64,000 nucleotides of DNA from positions 4,984-68,983 of the forward strand of contig CAIVRE010000007.1 in the NCBI GenBank assembly GCA_903908245.1, written 5' to 3'. The stretch comes from Candidatus Omnitrophota bacterium. GTDB taxonomy: Bacteria > Omnitrophota > Gorgyraeia > Zapsychrales > Fredricksoniimonadaceae. Position numbers and translations under genes: made by a program. Within the stretch, counting starts at the first letter, position 1. Every line of letters starts with the position of its first letter. Below the pieces are notes generated by a model. It made no database searches, was not told the origin of the DNA, and saw only the letters and a program-made list of their open reading frames with translations. Of this stretch, positions 41,201-49,253 are shown in pieces.

Positions 41201-42595
41201 GGGGCTCTTTCGCCGGGCCGGGACCTTGTGGTGGAGCGCTCCTTTGTTTTTGGCAGTACCGGCCAAGACCGGGGCGATACCTATAAAGTCGTCCAGGACA
41301 AGGATGGCAAGAAGCTGGAGACGGCTTATACGCGCAAGCTGTCCGACACCCAGGCCCAGCGTTCCGCTTCGAATATTTTCGGCCTGACGGGGGATGTGAA
41401 TGACCGGGTGGCGGCCAATGCGTCGCTGGAGCAGGGGATCGTTCAGGGCATTGACGGGTCGTTATATCATCGCACGGCTATTACCGGCGGGTTTGGTTAC
41501 GTGGAGAAGGATGAGGAGGGTAAGGAAAAGATCAAAAGTTCCACCAAGGCCGAGCTGCGTATCGATCGTGGTACGCAGGACAAGCAGCAGATCGTTCTTT
41601 ATCAGGATGCCCAGGGCAAGGTCAGTGATGAGATGACGCTTTCCGCCAAATTCCAGTATTCGCAGACCAAGGACCGGACGCTTAATAAAGTCGAGGCCCA
41701 GTACAAGGAGATCATGCTGGGTACGGCTTACCGTCCTATTATGGATGACAAGCTGAATCTTTTCGCGAAGTATACCTATAAAGAGAATCAGGGGCCGGCA
41801 GGGCAGGTCAATATCAGCGATATCGAGCAGACGAAAATGCAGGTCTTTTCCGCGGAAGGCGCGTATGATCTGACGGAAGACTGGCAGCTTGTCGAGAAAA
41901 TGGCTTTCCGTATAATGGAAGAAAAGGTGACGGGTTTCGAGTTCAGCAGGACGCATACCTGGCTGCTGGTGAATCGCGCGAATTACCGGTTGGGCCAGGA
42001 CTGGAAGATCGGGGCGGAGTATCGTATTCTCGCGGTGCAGGAAGCCCAGGACCGCAAGAGCGGATACCTGGTTGAGGCTGTGCGCAGCCTTAATGATAAT
42101 GTCGAGTTGGGAGTCGGGTATAATTTCACGGATTTTGTGGATGACCTGACCAATTTAAGCTATACGGTGCAGGGGCCGTATGTCAGGATGACCGGCAAGC
42201 TTTATGACCGTACTCCCGAGGAGCGCGCCCTGGCCCGTCAGAAGTGGCTGGACCATCGTATCGAATTGTATGCCTGGAAGATGGTTAATACCGAGTTTAC
42301 CCGCAAGGACAGCCCTGTGGTGTTGGAGATGAATGCGATGTACCGGGAGGCCCAGGCGGCCAACCAGCGCGGCCAGTACGAGCAGTCGCGCAAGCTCTAT
42401 AAAGATGTTATCCTGGCCACCCAGATCATGTTCGAGGAGGCGGCGAATTTTGTGCGCAAGCATATTTCGTTTGAAGAGAAACTTTTCAATGCGGCGCAAC
42501 GTGCCAAGGAATATTATGACAAAGGCGAACTTTGGGCGGCCAAGAAACTTTGGGAGAAAATTGTGGAAGAAGCCGAACGCTCTATGTTACAATAA
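32258..42595 (+). CDS. Giant (3445 aa) secreted/outer-membrane protein: repeated beta-rich passenger, Ig-like, DUF11, FlgD-like and large beta-barrel-like regions
   Basis: Signal peptide; 3x WDG...DW...NW..G.(V/I)P; DUF11 (VTK.A...IGEVVTYTVTIEN...D.IP.GF.Y); G.VFWD.N.NG.QD; WDG.D..G; amphipathic strand-rich C-terminal third. Confidence 0.85.
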   Translation: MPQGSFIKNFGQSAANFFFFTGAFFLVVFAAWGAGITVPQNSQLKLNTGKLNLKLDNNSGHVNNAGVIQMTTGEIKLNGNWTTTTASGYILGGSGTVEFAADAGTQYIVPGANSNDTFGDVVHSGSAAVELVAHPIKIGGSFNNNVGTFKTNNLNMTVGRDWNNPAFPAFISGSATVNLDGGDQVISGSTTFNNLTKVLTAAGNHSLTFPSGKEQKVSRLLTLRGFGGTGKLFLGSSTNTTQAFLTLQNSGVQDIHTVHVRDNNAGNGLVLVARGVDSSDLGNNFHWLFGAVTVKWDGSEDNDWNNPFNWDVGLVPGELDTAIIRVFDEDTGLPIVREPVLSGGISPVTGLAITNRVGNLIIRPGATLKLDGRDMTIDGGFTNDGTVILDGMVMVGGVRTETLTAGSMVDNGTFMYYGRPGMKSTIDLTQSFLIGGNYLTTFNNLVINEQVSGPFESDTFVTGVPLTISHAMTLDAGAFTIGPGSTLFVQGSLTANGGTFTISEAVSVTGDTNISGASVVIASNTATLTDLRDLNVSSGTLNALQGNIRANSVNISGGTLLAPGPGQSFAISADFTHLPAGIFTHDNGTVTFDALSNAANTDQVISGDTSFYDFVKQVPDAAFVGQTQRLTLAETSTQTVGNYLTLTGGVDLLLIRSTTTTGVAGNLKLVTNAGQTIRNVDVENNAATGLTLVGRGLSRRTGNNTPNWEFGSATITWDGSESTDWNEQRNWNLGIIPLPNDNVVVTNGATVDFQPVLSSDVTVGELTLFVPSATLHLAGFNMTVHNTITSSGTLSNEGVIFLRGTERVSIDTPDTDSGMFVYQGDNNPGVKQITVLGPNTFYNLKINDLNGNPSNFTLTTDMTIHGSLTVDGGTMTSSGYSIDLGGSFVLSSGTFMAPGTGKTLFVGGNFTHTGGAFIHNDGTVVFDAPASVPLNDQVISGDTSFFEFIKQVPVTAAPLQQLTFADASLQSVLGKLVLQGASLANPLLIRSSLAGTAAYLKLEVGGRQTISAVDVKDSNASGVTLVARNSPDHFDIPPSNFYNNTNWVFGVPVIRWDGSASTDWGDPLNWNLGIVPISGDAVVIRSIDPLSIPPGQQIMNQPQLTALSGAVSPGSMTLDSGTTLTLNGFGLTVQDTLTNNGNIIAQGGEPIAIHFPDTQHGTFTYTGVPGGTVALNKFDPAHTAIEYYNLVLTDNGVANLFQSQGDVHVFGNLTVSSGSLDVSTGSDSLKIDGNMLIASGTTVNALNGAIDLQGSVSINGRLSAPITNHSFTVGGSWSLDPVTGIFEHNSGRVTFDTSNATTLTGNTVFFDLAIESNSGKKVFFQAGSTQTILDSLGMVGGGAGKIILRSTQEGTQWTLLLSYINNADATIIPNTLVRFVDVKDSIATGPLGLAVRPTYITAINSIDQPSVLPNQGWKFMQLTLIAPVDERVVGVRPVLIGQAFPEEAYTVKDKGGVVVASGTADSHGYFRTELTADLPLGANQLTPYYLSVPGISSDLTIDAAPVPAQVPVITSPSVSVRLSGNRPTFTGVAKPNTLVYVVANNYTISNNNTIDMPLTLPLESAAGVGMSDAAGNFSIQLTTALKRGQNTISVVADGVSSAINTYSLNDIYGYLFDSATNNTIRGARVYLYKLDGNGQRIPVVRGLDIALLEADQPNPVLTNDAGLFEIRVINFDPTVRYVLDVQELGYTFPTAIKDNSLLPAGRLIITGSRGEAFSLLTDSVRLDLPVDANQFLFKVTKDANKAEARIGEVVTYTVTIENLSDQNTVLETRLNDIIPPGFKYMSGRVHFVDGTPIEASGARPVVFKVGAFTARQIKAMKYQLVIGAGVAPGDYENTAFMKYDNGSLISNRAHQTVKVVMDPLFDAGTVFGKVFWDLNENGRQDAPEYDYENRQEIIEGPVPNVHIVMEDGTSIAADKNGQFHVPALLPGRHVIMVDQRSLPKGAFLTTDKALVIDVTAGMVVKANFGVNMGNGQIVGEDVRFFDKNLKVDQTPDHLTPLLNVDMFERELWLHLDTIIKPVELRMFMNYAPFISSWKLDIVDKQTKKLVREFNGTRYNINDPVFWDGRDLSGRFVRIDRNYTYLLKVQDSKGVWDETKEKDIALRVLTDIEFEALSKKTEEEKTKESEARDKEYRAWQLAQGSADHTSQRNIFVRGETLTIDPEETDIRQVRVLKNGELFIDLPVPERQALTARGLLSGEAVQSRPVQVILPDGDYELEVVSADTGEVAAVAAGGGRVSPVKGTSAPDTSSLASASGVPALDGNASSRNNKVSQYRRPIKVGDDYMTFVAMGDGKVGYNVDRGNIEPVQSVDKFRPGFYREGKMAYYLKGKVKGKYLLTSSFDTERRQKEMFRSIKPDQYYPVYGDSSTVNYDATNTQGNLYLMLEWDKSQAVWGNYAVDFNDTEFAKYSRTLYGGKVDYTSVANNPYGDAKTRVATFHAEVRQRSAHNEFLGTGGSLYYLKHQGVVVGTAKVRLEVRDAVTGLVRSTTEMKDGVDYDIDNSQGRILFWQPVAMSADSGRIISNQLLKGDPVYVVTDYEYEVKDKMQEATQGVRVAQAVGENVVVGGTYVTETQAGGNYQLKGEDITVHVGKDTKIKAEYAATQSQDSSSYVSTDGGITFSDLVVGNLSSGKAYGMSQDSRLFDRLGLKSYYKWIENNFATASTSSQQGKAMSGLGMTFDLTPVTRLTASYDVQKLIQQGNLQTTMQVGAQETATTVLQLAHDARRLRITSEYRRQEVTNKDDRYVSESNQVQNTFALQAEYDLDEKTKLTSKYQVDPTGKASKAGEITTGITRQLTDKLSATVAEAFGTAGNSTKIGATLNVTPKIATTVEESFGTAGKTSRVGAVANITPNMALTTDYQTAQAAGGVTTQTRTTSLVGKEQIGAKTNIQTNYSMVQADNGPTKTVVGVNADSEVKLDDAILKAGVKVQADDKTVSVLSQGAGIDASKTDKAGHTTTSSVKVDETPAAGKTTTVTLGDKGALSPGRDLVVERSFVFGSTGQDRGDTYKVVQDKDGKKLETAYTRKLSDTQAQRSASNIFGLTGDVNDRVAANASLEQGIVQGIDGSLYHRTAITGGFGYVEKDEEGKEKIKSSTKAELRIDRGTQDKQQIVLYQDAQGKVSDEMTLSAKFQYSQTKDRTLNKVEAQYKEIMLGTAYRPIMDDKLNLFAKYTYKENQGPAGQVNISDIEQTKMQVFSAEGAYDLTEDWQLVEKMAFRIMEEKVTGFEFSRTHTWLLVNRANYRLGQDWKIGAEYRILAVQEAQDRKSGYLVEAVRSLNDNVELGVGYNFTDFVDDLTNLSYTVQGPYVRMTGKLYDRTPEERALARQKWLDHRIELYAWKMVNTEFTRKDSPVVLEMNAMYREAQAANQRGQYEQSRKLYKDVILATQIMFEEAANFVRKHISFEEKLFNAAQRAKEYYDKGELWAAKKLWEKIVEEAERSMLQ
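32800..36520 (+). repeat. Intragenic protein-level repeats (~330-420 aa modules) in the giant protein
   Basis: DQVISG(S/D)T.F module at ~32804, ~34061, ~35063 and a divergent copy at ~36160; WDGS...DW...NW motif at ~33142, ~34405, ~35422. Confidence 0.8.
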
Positions 42596-42654
42596 TCACA
42601 ATTAATCAATATAAATCAATTAATATAAGGTCCACGACGACGTTTATCTCCTTG

Positions 42655-45600
42655 ATGAAGAAGCCTGCCTATATACTACTTTTTCTGTTGTCTGCTTGTT
42701 TCCTCCCTTTAAAGGGCATTTATGCCCAACCCCCTGCTGAAGGGGAGCCTTCCGTGCTGGCTGATGGGCAACCGTCTGTCCTCAAAGAAGATAAAGCCCA
42801 GTCGAATTATGTTTACGACCTTAAAGTCCTGATTCAGAAGTCGCGTGAGAATATCAAGAATGTGAATGAAAAGATCAAGGACCAGGCTGTCAAGAAGCGC
42901 AATCAGCAGCGGGAAGAGAAGGCGCGCGAGTATTTCCTTCAGGCCCAGAAGCTGGCCGATGAGGGCCGGCTGGAAGAATCCCGTCAGTTGTATGCGAAAG
43001 CCATCAGCATTACCGAACATCCGGAGATGAAATACTTTATTAAGGAAAGCGAGCATCGCGCCAAGCTTCAGAAAGCCGCGCTTTCCAAGGAAGAAAGCGA
43101 ACAGCAGCGCCGGACCGAAGAGGATGAGAAGACGGCGTTCGAGCGTGTTGAGAACATGTATCAGGGGGCGGTGTCCCTTTACAAGCAGCAGCGTTTTAAG
43201 GAAGCCAAGGAGGAGTTTCAGACGGTTGAAGAAGTTTTCCCTGATTACAAGGCGGTCCGCAGTTATCTGCAGATCATCGAACAGGATATTGTCCAGGCGG
43301 AACGGCAGGGCATCAAAGATCAGCAGAAAGAGATCGAGTCGCAGCAGAAGGAAAGCGAGATCGCCCGTCTTCGTGAGAAGGAGTTATGGCGTAAAGAGAT
43401 CGACCGCAAGGAAGAAGACCGCAAGCGGCAGGTCCAGAAGCAGGCGCAGGGTGTTTACGATGAGGCGATCAAGCTTTATCAGGACCGCAAGTACATGGCG
43501 GCCAAGGAGAAGTTCCAGGAAGTGGAGTGGGTCATTCCGGATTTCAAGTCTACGCGTTCGTATTTGCAGCGTATCGAACGGGATCTGGAAGTGGATAAGG
43601 AGCGCGTTACGCAGGAGCGTCAACAGACTGTCGGGAAGCAGCGCTGGGAGGAGACTCTTTCCCAGAAGAAGGCCGAGGAGGAGCGCAAGAAAGCCGAGAG
43701 CATGCGCGAGCGCCAGAAGCTTGAGGGAAAGAAGGACCAGGCCGAGTTCGTGTATCAGTCGGCGATCGCCCTTTTTAACAAGGATCAATACCCGGTGGCC
43801 CGTGAGCGGTTCGATGAAGTCGAGAATATTTATCCGGATTACCGTTCGACCCGGGATTATCTTAAACGTATTGATGAAATGATGAAATCCCAGATAGCGC
43901 GGGATGAAGGGTTGCGCAGGACAGCGACCGAGCAAAAGGTCTTTGAAGAAGAAAGCGCCAAGCGCAAGGAAGAAAAAGAGAGGTTCAAGAAGTTGACGGA
44001 CGAAGCGGATTCTATTTATGCCGAGGCGTTCGAACTTTATAAGATGGGCCGGCTGATCGAAGCCAAGGAGAAATTCCTGGATGTTGACAAGCGTGTCCCG
44101 GATTATAAATCCACGCGCAGTTATTTGAGCCGCATTGATGCGGATATCGAGGCGATGGTGGCGGCAAACCGCAAGGAAGGGAACCTGGCCGCCCAGCAAG
44201 AACAGCTGACGCGCCTGAAAGAACTGCGGGATAAAGCGGATATGGCGTATAACGAAGCGGTCCTGGCGTATGATAACAAGAACTATACCGACGCCAAAGC
44301 AAAATTCCTGGAAGTTGAAAGCATATATCCGAATTATAAAAAAGCCGGGACTTATTTGTCCCGTATCGATGATGATATCGCTTCGCGTCAGAAAGAGGAA
44401 GAGCGCAGGGAAAAGGAGAAGCAGGTCGAAGGGGTTTATGCGCAGGCGTTGGTCGCTTATCAGAATGAGGAGTTTGAAGAATCCAAGGCCAAGTTCATCG
44501 AAGTGGTGTCGCTGGTCCCTGATTATAAGCAGACATCGTTTTATCTGGAGCGCATTGATGATGATGTGATCCGTCACAAACAGAAAGCCCTGGATGACGC
44601 GCAGGAGCGCCAGGCAGAGACACTTTATAATCAGGCCGTTGCCTTATATCAGGCGGGCCAGTATTCCGAGGCCAAGGATAAATTCCTTCAACTTGAGTCT
44701 GTGTATTCAAATTACAAGGATGCTGTCAAGGTTTTCGCCAATATCGATGCGGATATCCAGCGCAAAGCGCTCGAGGATGAGCAGAAAGCAAAGGCCGCCC
44801 GTGCGGAAGTATTGTATCAGCAGTCGCTGGCTTTGTATCAGGCGCAGGATTATACAGCGGCCAAGGAGAAGTTCATCCTGACGGAAGTGGTTTACCCTGA
44901 TTATAAGGATACTCCGAAGTATCTTTTGTCGATCAATAGTGATATTAAGAAGAAGGCGGAAGATCTGGAGCAGAGAAGAAAGGCCGATGAGGCCGAACCT
45001 TTATATGTTCAGGCCCTGGCGCTTTATAAAGAGCAGGATTTTGAGGCCGCAAAGAAGAAGTTCCTCCAGGTTCAGATGGCTTGTCCAGGATACAAGGAAA
45101 CAGAGCGTTATCTTGCCCGGGTCGATGAGGATATCCGTCTTTTGCAGTCCAGGCTGGCCAAGGAAGACCGGTTGAGCAAGGCCGAGGGTTTGTATGCGCA
45201 GGCGATGAGCCTTTATTCGGAGACAAAATTCGAGGAAGCCAAGGGCAAGTTCCAGGAGGTCGCCGCCCTGGAAAGCAACTATCGTAATGTGAGGGCTTAT
45301 CTGGCCCGTATTGATAGTGATATACGCAATGAACAGGCGCGTTTGGCCCGGATCGAGCAGGAACAGCTGGCCGAGCCTTATTACGCGGAGGCTGTTGCGC
45401 TTTATCATGACGGGAAGTTCGAGGAGTCTAAACCGAAGTTCGAGAAAGTGATCAGGATCCTTCCGGATTACAAGAAGGCCAGGTTTTATTTTACGCGCAT
45501 TGATAATGATATCCGTTCCCAGAAGCAGGAAGAGGTCCGTCAGCGTCAGGAGCAGGCGGAAGCGGCGTATCGTGAAGCCGCGTTCCTTTCACGCAACGGG

Positions 45601-48600
45601 GATGACACCAAGGCGTATCAGAAATACAGTGAAGTTGAAACGATCTATCCTGATTTTAAAGCGACGCGAAAAGCGTTGAAAGATTTAAAGGAAGGGTTGA
45701 TCCAGAAAAGCATAGTTCTTCCCAAAAAAGTGTTGGCTGTCGCGCCTGTCGTTACGTCTGAGCCTGTCAGGACGGGTGAAGAGGAGGTCCTTGCGCTTTA
45801 TAAAGAAGGGGTCAGCCTTTATAAAGATAAAAAGTACGCGCAGGCCAAGGACAAGTTCGAAGGGGTTGAGCGGCTTCGTTCAGGGTACCGTTCCACAGAA
45901 AGATATTTGAAGAATATCGCGGTGGAGTTGCCTGGTCCCGGTGAAGGGGCCAAGCCCAAGGAGGTTTTGGCCCAAACGCCGGTCCTTTCCGGAAATTCGC
46001 GTCAGATTTACGATCAGGAGGTCACGGCGGCCGAGCCGCTTTATAAGGCTGCGCTTGAGCTGTACAGATCGGCCCGATACGAGGAGGCGCGTGTCAAGTT
46101 CCATGAGGTTGAAGCGGTATCCCGGGATTATAAATCGACGCGTGAATATTTATTGTTGATCGCGAAGGTGAAGGGCGGTCCGAGCCCGGTGGTGGATCAG
46201 CAACTGGTCCAGGAGTCAAGGACCGTTGCGGACCTTTCGCAGAAGTCCGGGCTTTTATACAGCCAGATCCGCGCGTTGGCGGATGATAAAGATCTTGCTG
46301 CTGCGGCAAAAACATTTTCCAAGATCGACAAGATCGTCGAAAGCCTGGAACAAGAGAAAAAAAGGCTGGCGCGGACGATCGAGCGCGGAGAAAAAGAGGC
46401 GCGTGAGCGGGCTGGACGTATCAAGGCGGTTGAGAAAGAAGAGGCCCGTTCTGTCGAAAAAAGCGCGGCGGTTCATCAGCAGGACTTAAAGCAGAAGCAG
46501 GTAGAGAAGAAGGATGAGGAGGAGCGTGCGCGTCAGGCGGTTGCGATGAAGGAGCAGCAGGACTTAAAGCGCAAGGAACGGGCCCGGTTGGCTCAGGTGC
46601 AAGAAATGGAAAGGGAAAACGCTCTTAAAGCCGAAGTTTTGTATCGGCAGGGGCTGGGTAAGCTTAATGACAAGAATTATGCACTGGCCAAAGAGCGCTT
46701 TATGGATGCGCAGAAGGTGCTGCCCGGATATAAGGATACGGATCAGTTGCTCGTCAGGATCGATAAGGTCGAGGGTGAGCAGAAATTGCTTGAGCAGGAG
46801 AATGTTGACCACGGCAAGATCGCAACGATCGCGGAGAAAGCGAATGCCGTTAATCTTGAAGCCTTGGCGCTTTCTACCGCCAAGAATTTTACTGATCTTC
46901 AGAAAAAGTTCGATGAATTGAGTTCCTTATTAAAAGATATCCAGGCGATCAAGGCGCAGATGCTGGCGCGTCGTGAAGGGTTCCGTGTGGAGTGGGAGAC
47001 CAAGCTTGCCGCTTCCCGGGCAAGGTCTGCGGTTCCCAGGCCGATCAAGGATGCGAAGGCCATGGTTGAGGGGCGTACTGCGCGCCAGCAGGCTGAGGGT
47101 TTTTATAAGGAAGGGGAAGTATTCTATCATGCCGGGCAATACGCGGAAGCGCGTGTAAAGTTCCGGGATGCTTTTTCCGCGGACCCGACATTTAAAGCGG
47201 CGTATACTTTTTCGTTGAGGGTTGACCGCATTCTGGAGCGCCGGGATTTCGAAGAGCAACAGGACCGGGGGAACAGGGAGCGCCGTCATTTTGAGGACAA
47301 GCAGGAAGGAAAAGAACATCCGGCTTCGGTCGATGATCTGCAGATGCCGGATCCGGCCCGGGCGAAGGAGGTCTTTGGGGAAGGCATTGCGCTTTATAAG
47401 GCGAAGAGTTACAAGGAAGCGCGGATCAAGTTCGAAGAGCTTATGAAGGTCGGGGATGATTCCCAGCGGTCGAAAGCCAGGCGTTATCTCGGCTTGATCG
47501 AGTCCGGGATCGAAAAGGCCCGGCAGGAAATGGAGAAGGAAAGAACCAGGGAAGAAGCGCGTTATCTTGAGGCCAAACGCATGGAGATCCGCATGGCCTG
47601 GGAAAAAGATAAAGGGTTACAGGCTCAGCAGCTGGCGGATTCTTCTGCTTCAAACCAGCGAGGTCAGGAGGTCGCTGTTGAGCGGCAGGTGCTTTTAAGG
47701 TCTATTGAACAGGAGAATGACGCGCAACGGAAGAAGATGCTGGCGGAAAAGCTTCGCCAGAAGGATATTGCAGAGAGGCAGACTTTAACGGAATGGGGTA
47801 AGGTCAGGAAGATCGCGGCGCATCAGGATGTCAAGATGGATGTAAAAGCGCCGGCCATGCCCGATAAGGTTGATGCGGGCAAGCTTTTGTTGGTTCCGGC
47901 GAAAAAAGTGGAACCGGTGCCCAGGAAAGAGAAATCTGTGCCCGTTGATGAGGGGAAATCGCCTGTGCAGGAAGTGAAGGTTGCGGTGGCAGTGGCGGCG
48001 ACGGATGTGAAGACCGAGGCCAGGTCCCGGGAGAAGCTTGCGGCCAGTAGTATGAAGAAAAAGCCGTTGCTGGTCACGGCGACGGATAGCCGTGAAGATG
48101 CTAAATTCCAGCGGCTGATCACACGGGAGAAAGCCCTTGAGGCAAGGGAAACAGAGCGCAAGCGGCTGATCATGGAGCAGGAGCACCGCTCCAGGGAGCT
48201 TGAGAAAATGCGGCTTGAGGAAAAGAAGCAGCGTGCGCTGGACAATCAGAATCGTCGAGAGCAGAGAGGGGGCAAGGCCGTGGTTGTGTCTGTTCCCGGG
48301 AAGCCCGAAGTGGGTGTTCAGGTTCCCGTTGCGGCGGTTCCGGTTGTTTTGGCGCCACCTCTTAAGGGAGCAGGATCTTTTGATGTGTATAAGGTTGCGG
48401 CCAATGAAGAAAAACGCCGTCTTGAAGAACAGCGGTCCGCGATCGTGCATGATTTTGAGGTCGGCGTTGAGCGTTTGTATGTGGAAGCCCAGGACCTTTA
48501 CACGAAACATGCGTATGAAGAATCAAAGGCTGATTTTGATCAGATCAATGAACTGAGCAAAGGTTATAAGAGAACAGAGCAGTATTTGACGCTGATCAAT

Positions 48601-48738
48601 AAAGAATTGGCAAAAGCTTCGTATAAACAAAAGACAGTTGCTGTTCCTTTCCCGGGTTCTTCCGCGATAAAGGCTGATGGCCGTCAACAGGCAGTTTCCC
48701 AAATGCTTGACCAGGCTGAGTCGGGTGCCGTGAAGTAA
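42655..48738 (+). CDS. Giant (~2030 aa) exported TPR-like/coiled-coil repeat protein
   Basis: Signal peptide MKKPAYILLFLLSACFLPLKGIYA from ATG 42655; ~19 copies of LY..A..LY....(Y/F)..AK.KF..V....PDY..T..YL..I..DI. Confidence 0.85.
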   Translation: MKKPAYILLFLLSACFLPLKGIYAQPPAEGEPSVLADGQPSVLKEDKAQSNYVYDLKVLIQKSRENIKNVNEKIKDQAVKKRNQQREEKAREYFLQAQKLADEGRLEESRQLYAKAISITEHPEMKYFIKESEHRAKLQKAALSKEESEQQRRTEEDEKTAFERVENMYQGAVSLYKQQRFKEAKEEFQTVEEVFPDYKAVRSYLQIIEQDIVQAERQGIKDQQKEIESQQKESEIARLREKELWRKEIDRKEEDRKRQVQKQAQGVYDEAIKLYQDRKYMAAKEKFQEVEWVIPDFKSTRSYLQRIERDLEVDKERVTQERQQTVGKQRWEETLSQKKAEEERKKAESMRERQKLEGKKDQAEFVYQSAIALFNKDQYPVARERFDEVENIYPDYRSTRDYLKRIDEMMKSQIARDEGLRRTATEQKVFEEESAKRKEEKERFKKLTDEADSIYAEAFELYKMGRLIEAKEKFLDVDKRVPDYKSTRSYLSRIDADIEAMVAANRKEGNLAAQQEQLTRLKELRDKADMAYNEAVLAYDNKNYTDAKAKFLEVESIYPNYKKAGTYLSRIDDDIASRQKEEERREKEKQVEGVYAQALVAYQNEEFEESKAKFIEVVSLVPDYKQTSFYLERIDDDVIRHKQKALDDAQERQAETLYNQAVALYQAGQYSEAKDKFLQLESVYSNYKDAVKVFANIDADIQRKALEDEQKAKAARAEVLYQQSLALYQAQDYTAAKEKFILTEVVYPDYKDTPKYLLSINSDIKKKAEDLEQRRKADEAEPLYVQALALYKEQDFEAAKKKFLQVQMACPGYKETERYLARVDEDIRLLQSRLAKEDRLSKAEGLYAQAMSLYSETKFEEAKGKFQEVAALESNYRNVRAYLARIDSDIRNEQARLARIEQEQLAEPYYAEAVALYHDGKFEESKPKFEKVIRILPDYKKARFYFTRIDNDIRSQKQEEVRQRQEQAEAAYREAAFLSRNGDDTKAYQKYSEVETIYPDFKATRKALKDLKEGLIQKSIVLPKKVLAVAPVVTSEPVRTGEEEVLALYKEGVSLYKDKKYAQAKDKFEGVERLRSGYRSTERYLKNIAVELPGPGEGAKPKEVLAQTPVLSGNSRQIYDQEVTAAEPLYKAALELYRSARYEEARVKFHEVEAVSRDYKSTREYLLLIAKVKGGPSPVVDQQLVQESRTVADLSQKSGLLYSQIRALADDKDLAAAAKTFSKIDKIVESLEQEKKRLARTIERGEKEARERAGRIKAVEKEEARSVEKSAAVHQQDLKQKQVEKKDEEERARQAVAMKEQQDLKRKERARLAQVQEMERENALKAEVLYRQGLGKLNDKNYALAKERFMDAQKVLPGYKDTDQLLVRIDKVEGEQKLLEQENVDHGKIATIAEKANAVNLEALALSTAKNFTDLQKKFDELSSLLKDIQAIKAQMLARREGFRVEWETKLAASRARSAVPRPIKDAKAMVEGRTARQQAEGFYKEGEVFYHAGQYAEARVKFRDAFSADPTFKAAYTFSLRVDRILERRDFEEQQDRGNRERRHFEDKQEGKEHPASVDDLQMPDPARAKEVFGEGIALYKAKSYKEARIKFEELMKVGDDSQRSKARRYLGLIESGIEKARQEMEKERTREEARYLEAKRMEIRMAWEKDKGLQAQQLADSSASNQRGQEVAVERQVLLRSIEQENDAQRKKMLAEKLRQKDIAERQTLTEWGKVRKIAAHQDVKMDVKAPAMPDKVDAGKLLLVPAKKVEPVPRKEKSVPVDEGKSPVQEVKVAVAVAATDVKTEARSREKLAASSMKKKPLLVTATDSREDAKFQRLITREKALEARETERKRLIMEQEHRSRELEKMRLEEKKQRALDNQNRREQRGGKAVVVSVPGKPEVGVQVPVAAVPVVLAPPLKGAGSFDVYKVAANEEKRRLEEQRSAIVHDFEVGVERLYVEAQDLYTKHAYEESKADFDQINELSKGYKRTEQYLTLINKELAKASYKQKTVAVPFPGSSAIKADGRQQAVSQMLDQAESGAVK

Positions 48739-48749
48739 GGGGAAAAATA

Positions 48750-49253
48750 ATGCGGGATGTCTTCAAGTTTGTTTTCTGGAGCTCGATTATTATTTTTTCC
48801 GGTGCCTCATTCCTGCATACGGATGTCGGTACCCGGTTCATAGGAAGGTTTTTTCGTTATTCCGGCCTGGCAAAAACGGAAAAGAAGGCTTCCAGTAATC
48901 GTGTTGGTTCCCAGGCTGTCCGGGTGAAGGCATCAGAGTTAAGTGCTGCGGCTAATGAAAAGCTCGAAGCTCTTGGGGATATTCCTTCTCAAGATACAGG
49001 TATTCAATCAGCACGCATGAACAAGGCCGCGGAGGAAATATTTCACAATAAACTTGAGGCGCTTCGGGACAAGCAGGAAAGGTTTCGTGACCGGCAAAAA
49101 GGCGTTTCTGTTGAAAGGGAAGACAACCAGGCTATCGGCGATAAAATAGAAGCTGTAAGGCAGAAGCTTGAGATAGCGCAAGAACAGGCGCAGGCACAGA
49201 GGGAGCGGGCAATGGCCCAAAAAGCCCTGATGGAGGAAAAAGCGGCCCGTTAA
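48750..49253 (+). CDS. Membrane-anchored coiled-coil hypothetical protein
   Basis: N-terminal hydrophobic segment; repeated (N/D)K(L/I)EA(L/V) helical motif. Confidence 0.65.
   Translation: MRDVFKFVFWSSIIIFSGASFLHTDVGTRFIGRFFRYSGLAKTEKKASSNRVGSQAVRVKASELSAAANEKLEALGDIPSQDTGIQSARMNKAAEEIFHNKLEALRDKQERFRDRQKGVSVEREDNQAIGDKIEAVRQKLEIAQEQAQAQRERAMAQKALMEEKAAR

Noticed and set aside
43150-48610. Possible CRISPR array, DGR or DNA tandem repeat suggested by recurring sequence
   Set aside because: Similarity is at protein level within one open frame; no identical direct repeats with spacers, no reverse transcriptase and no cas genes
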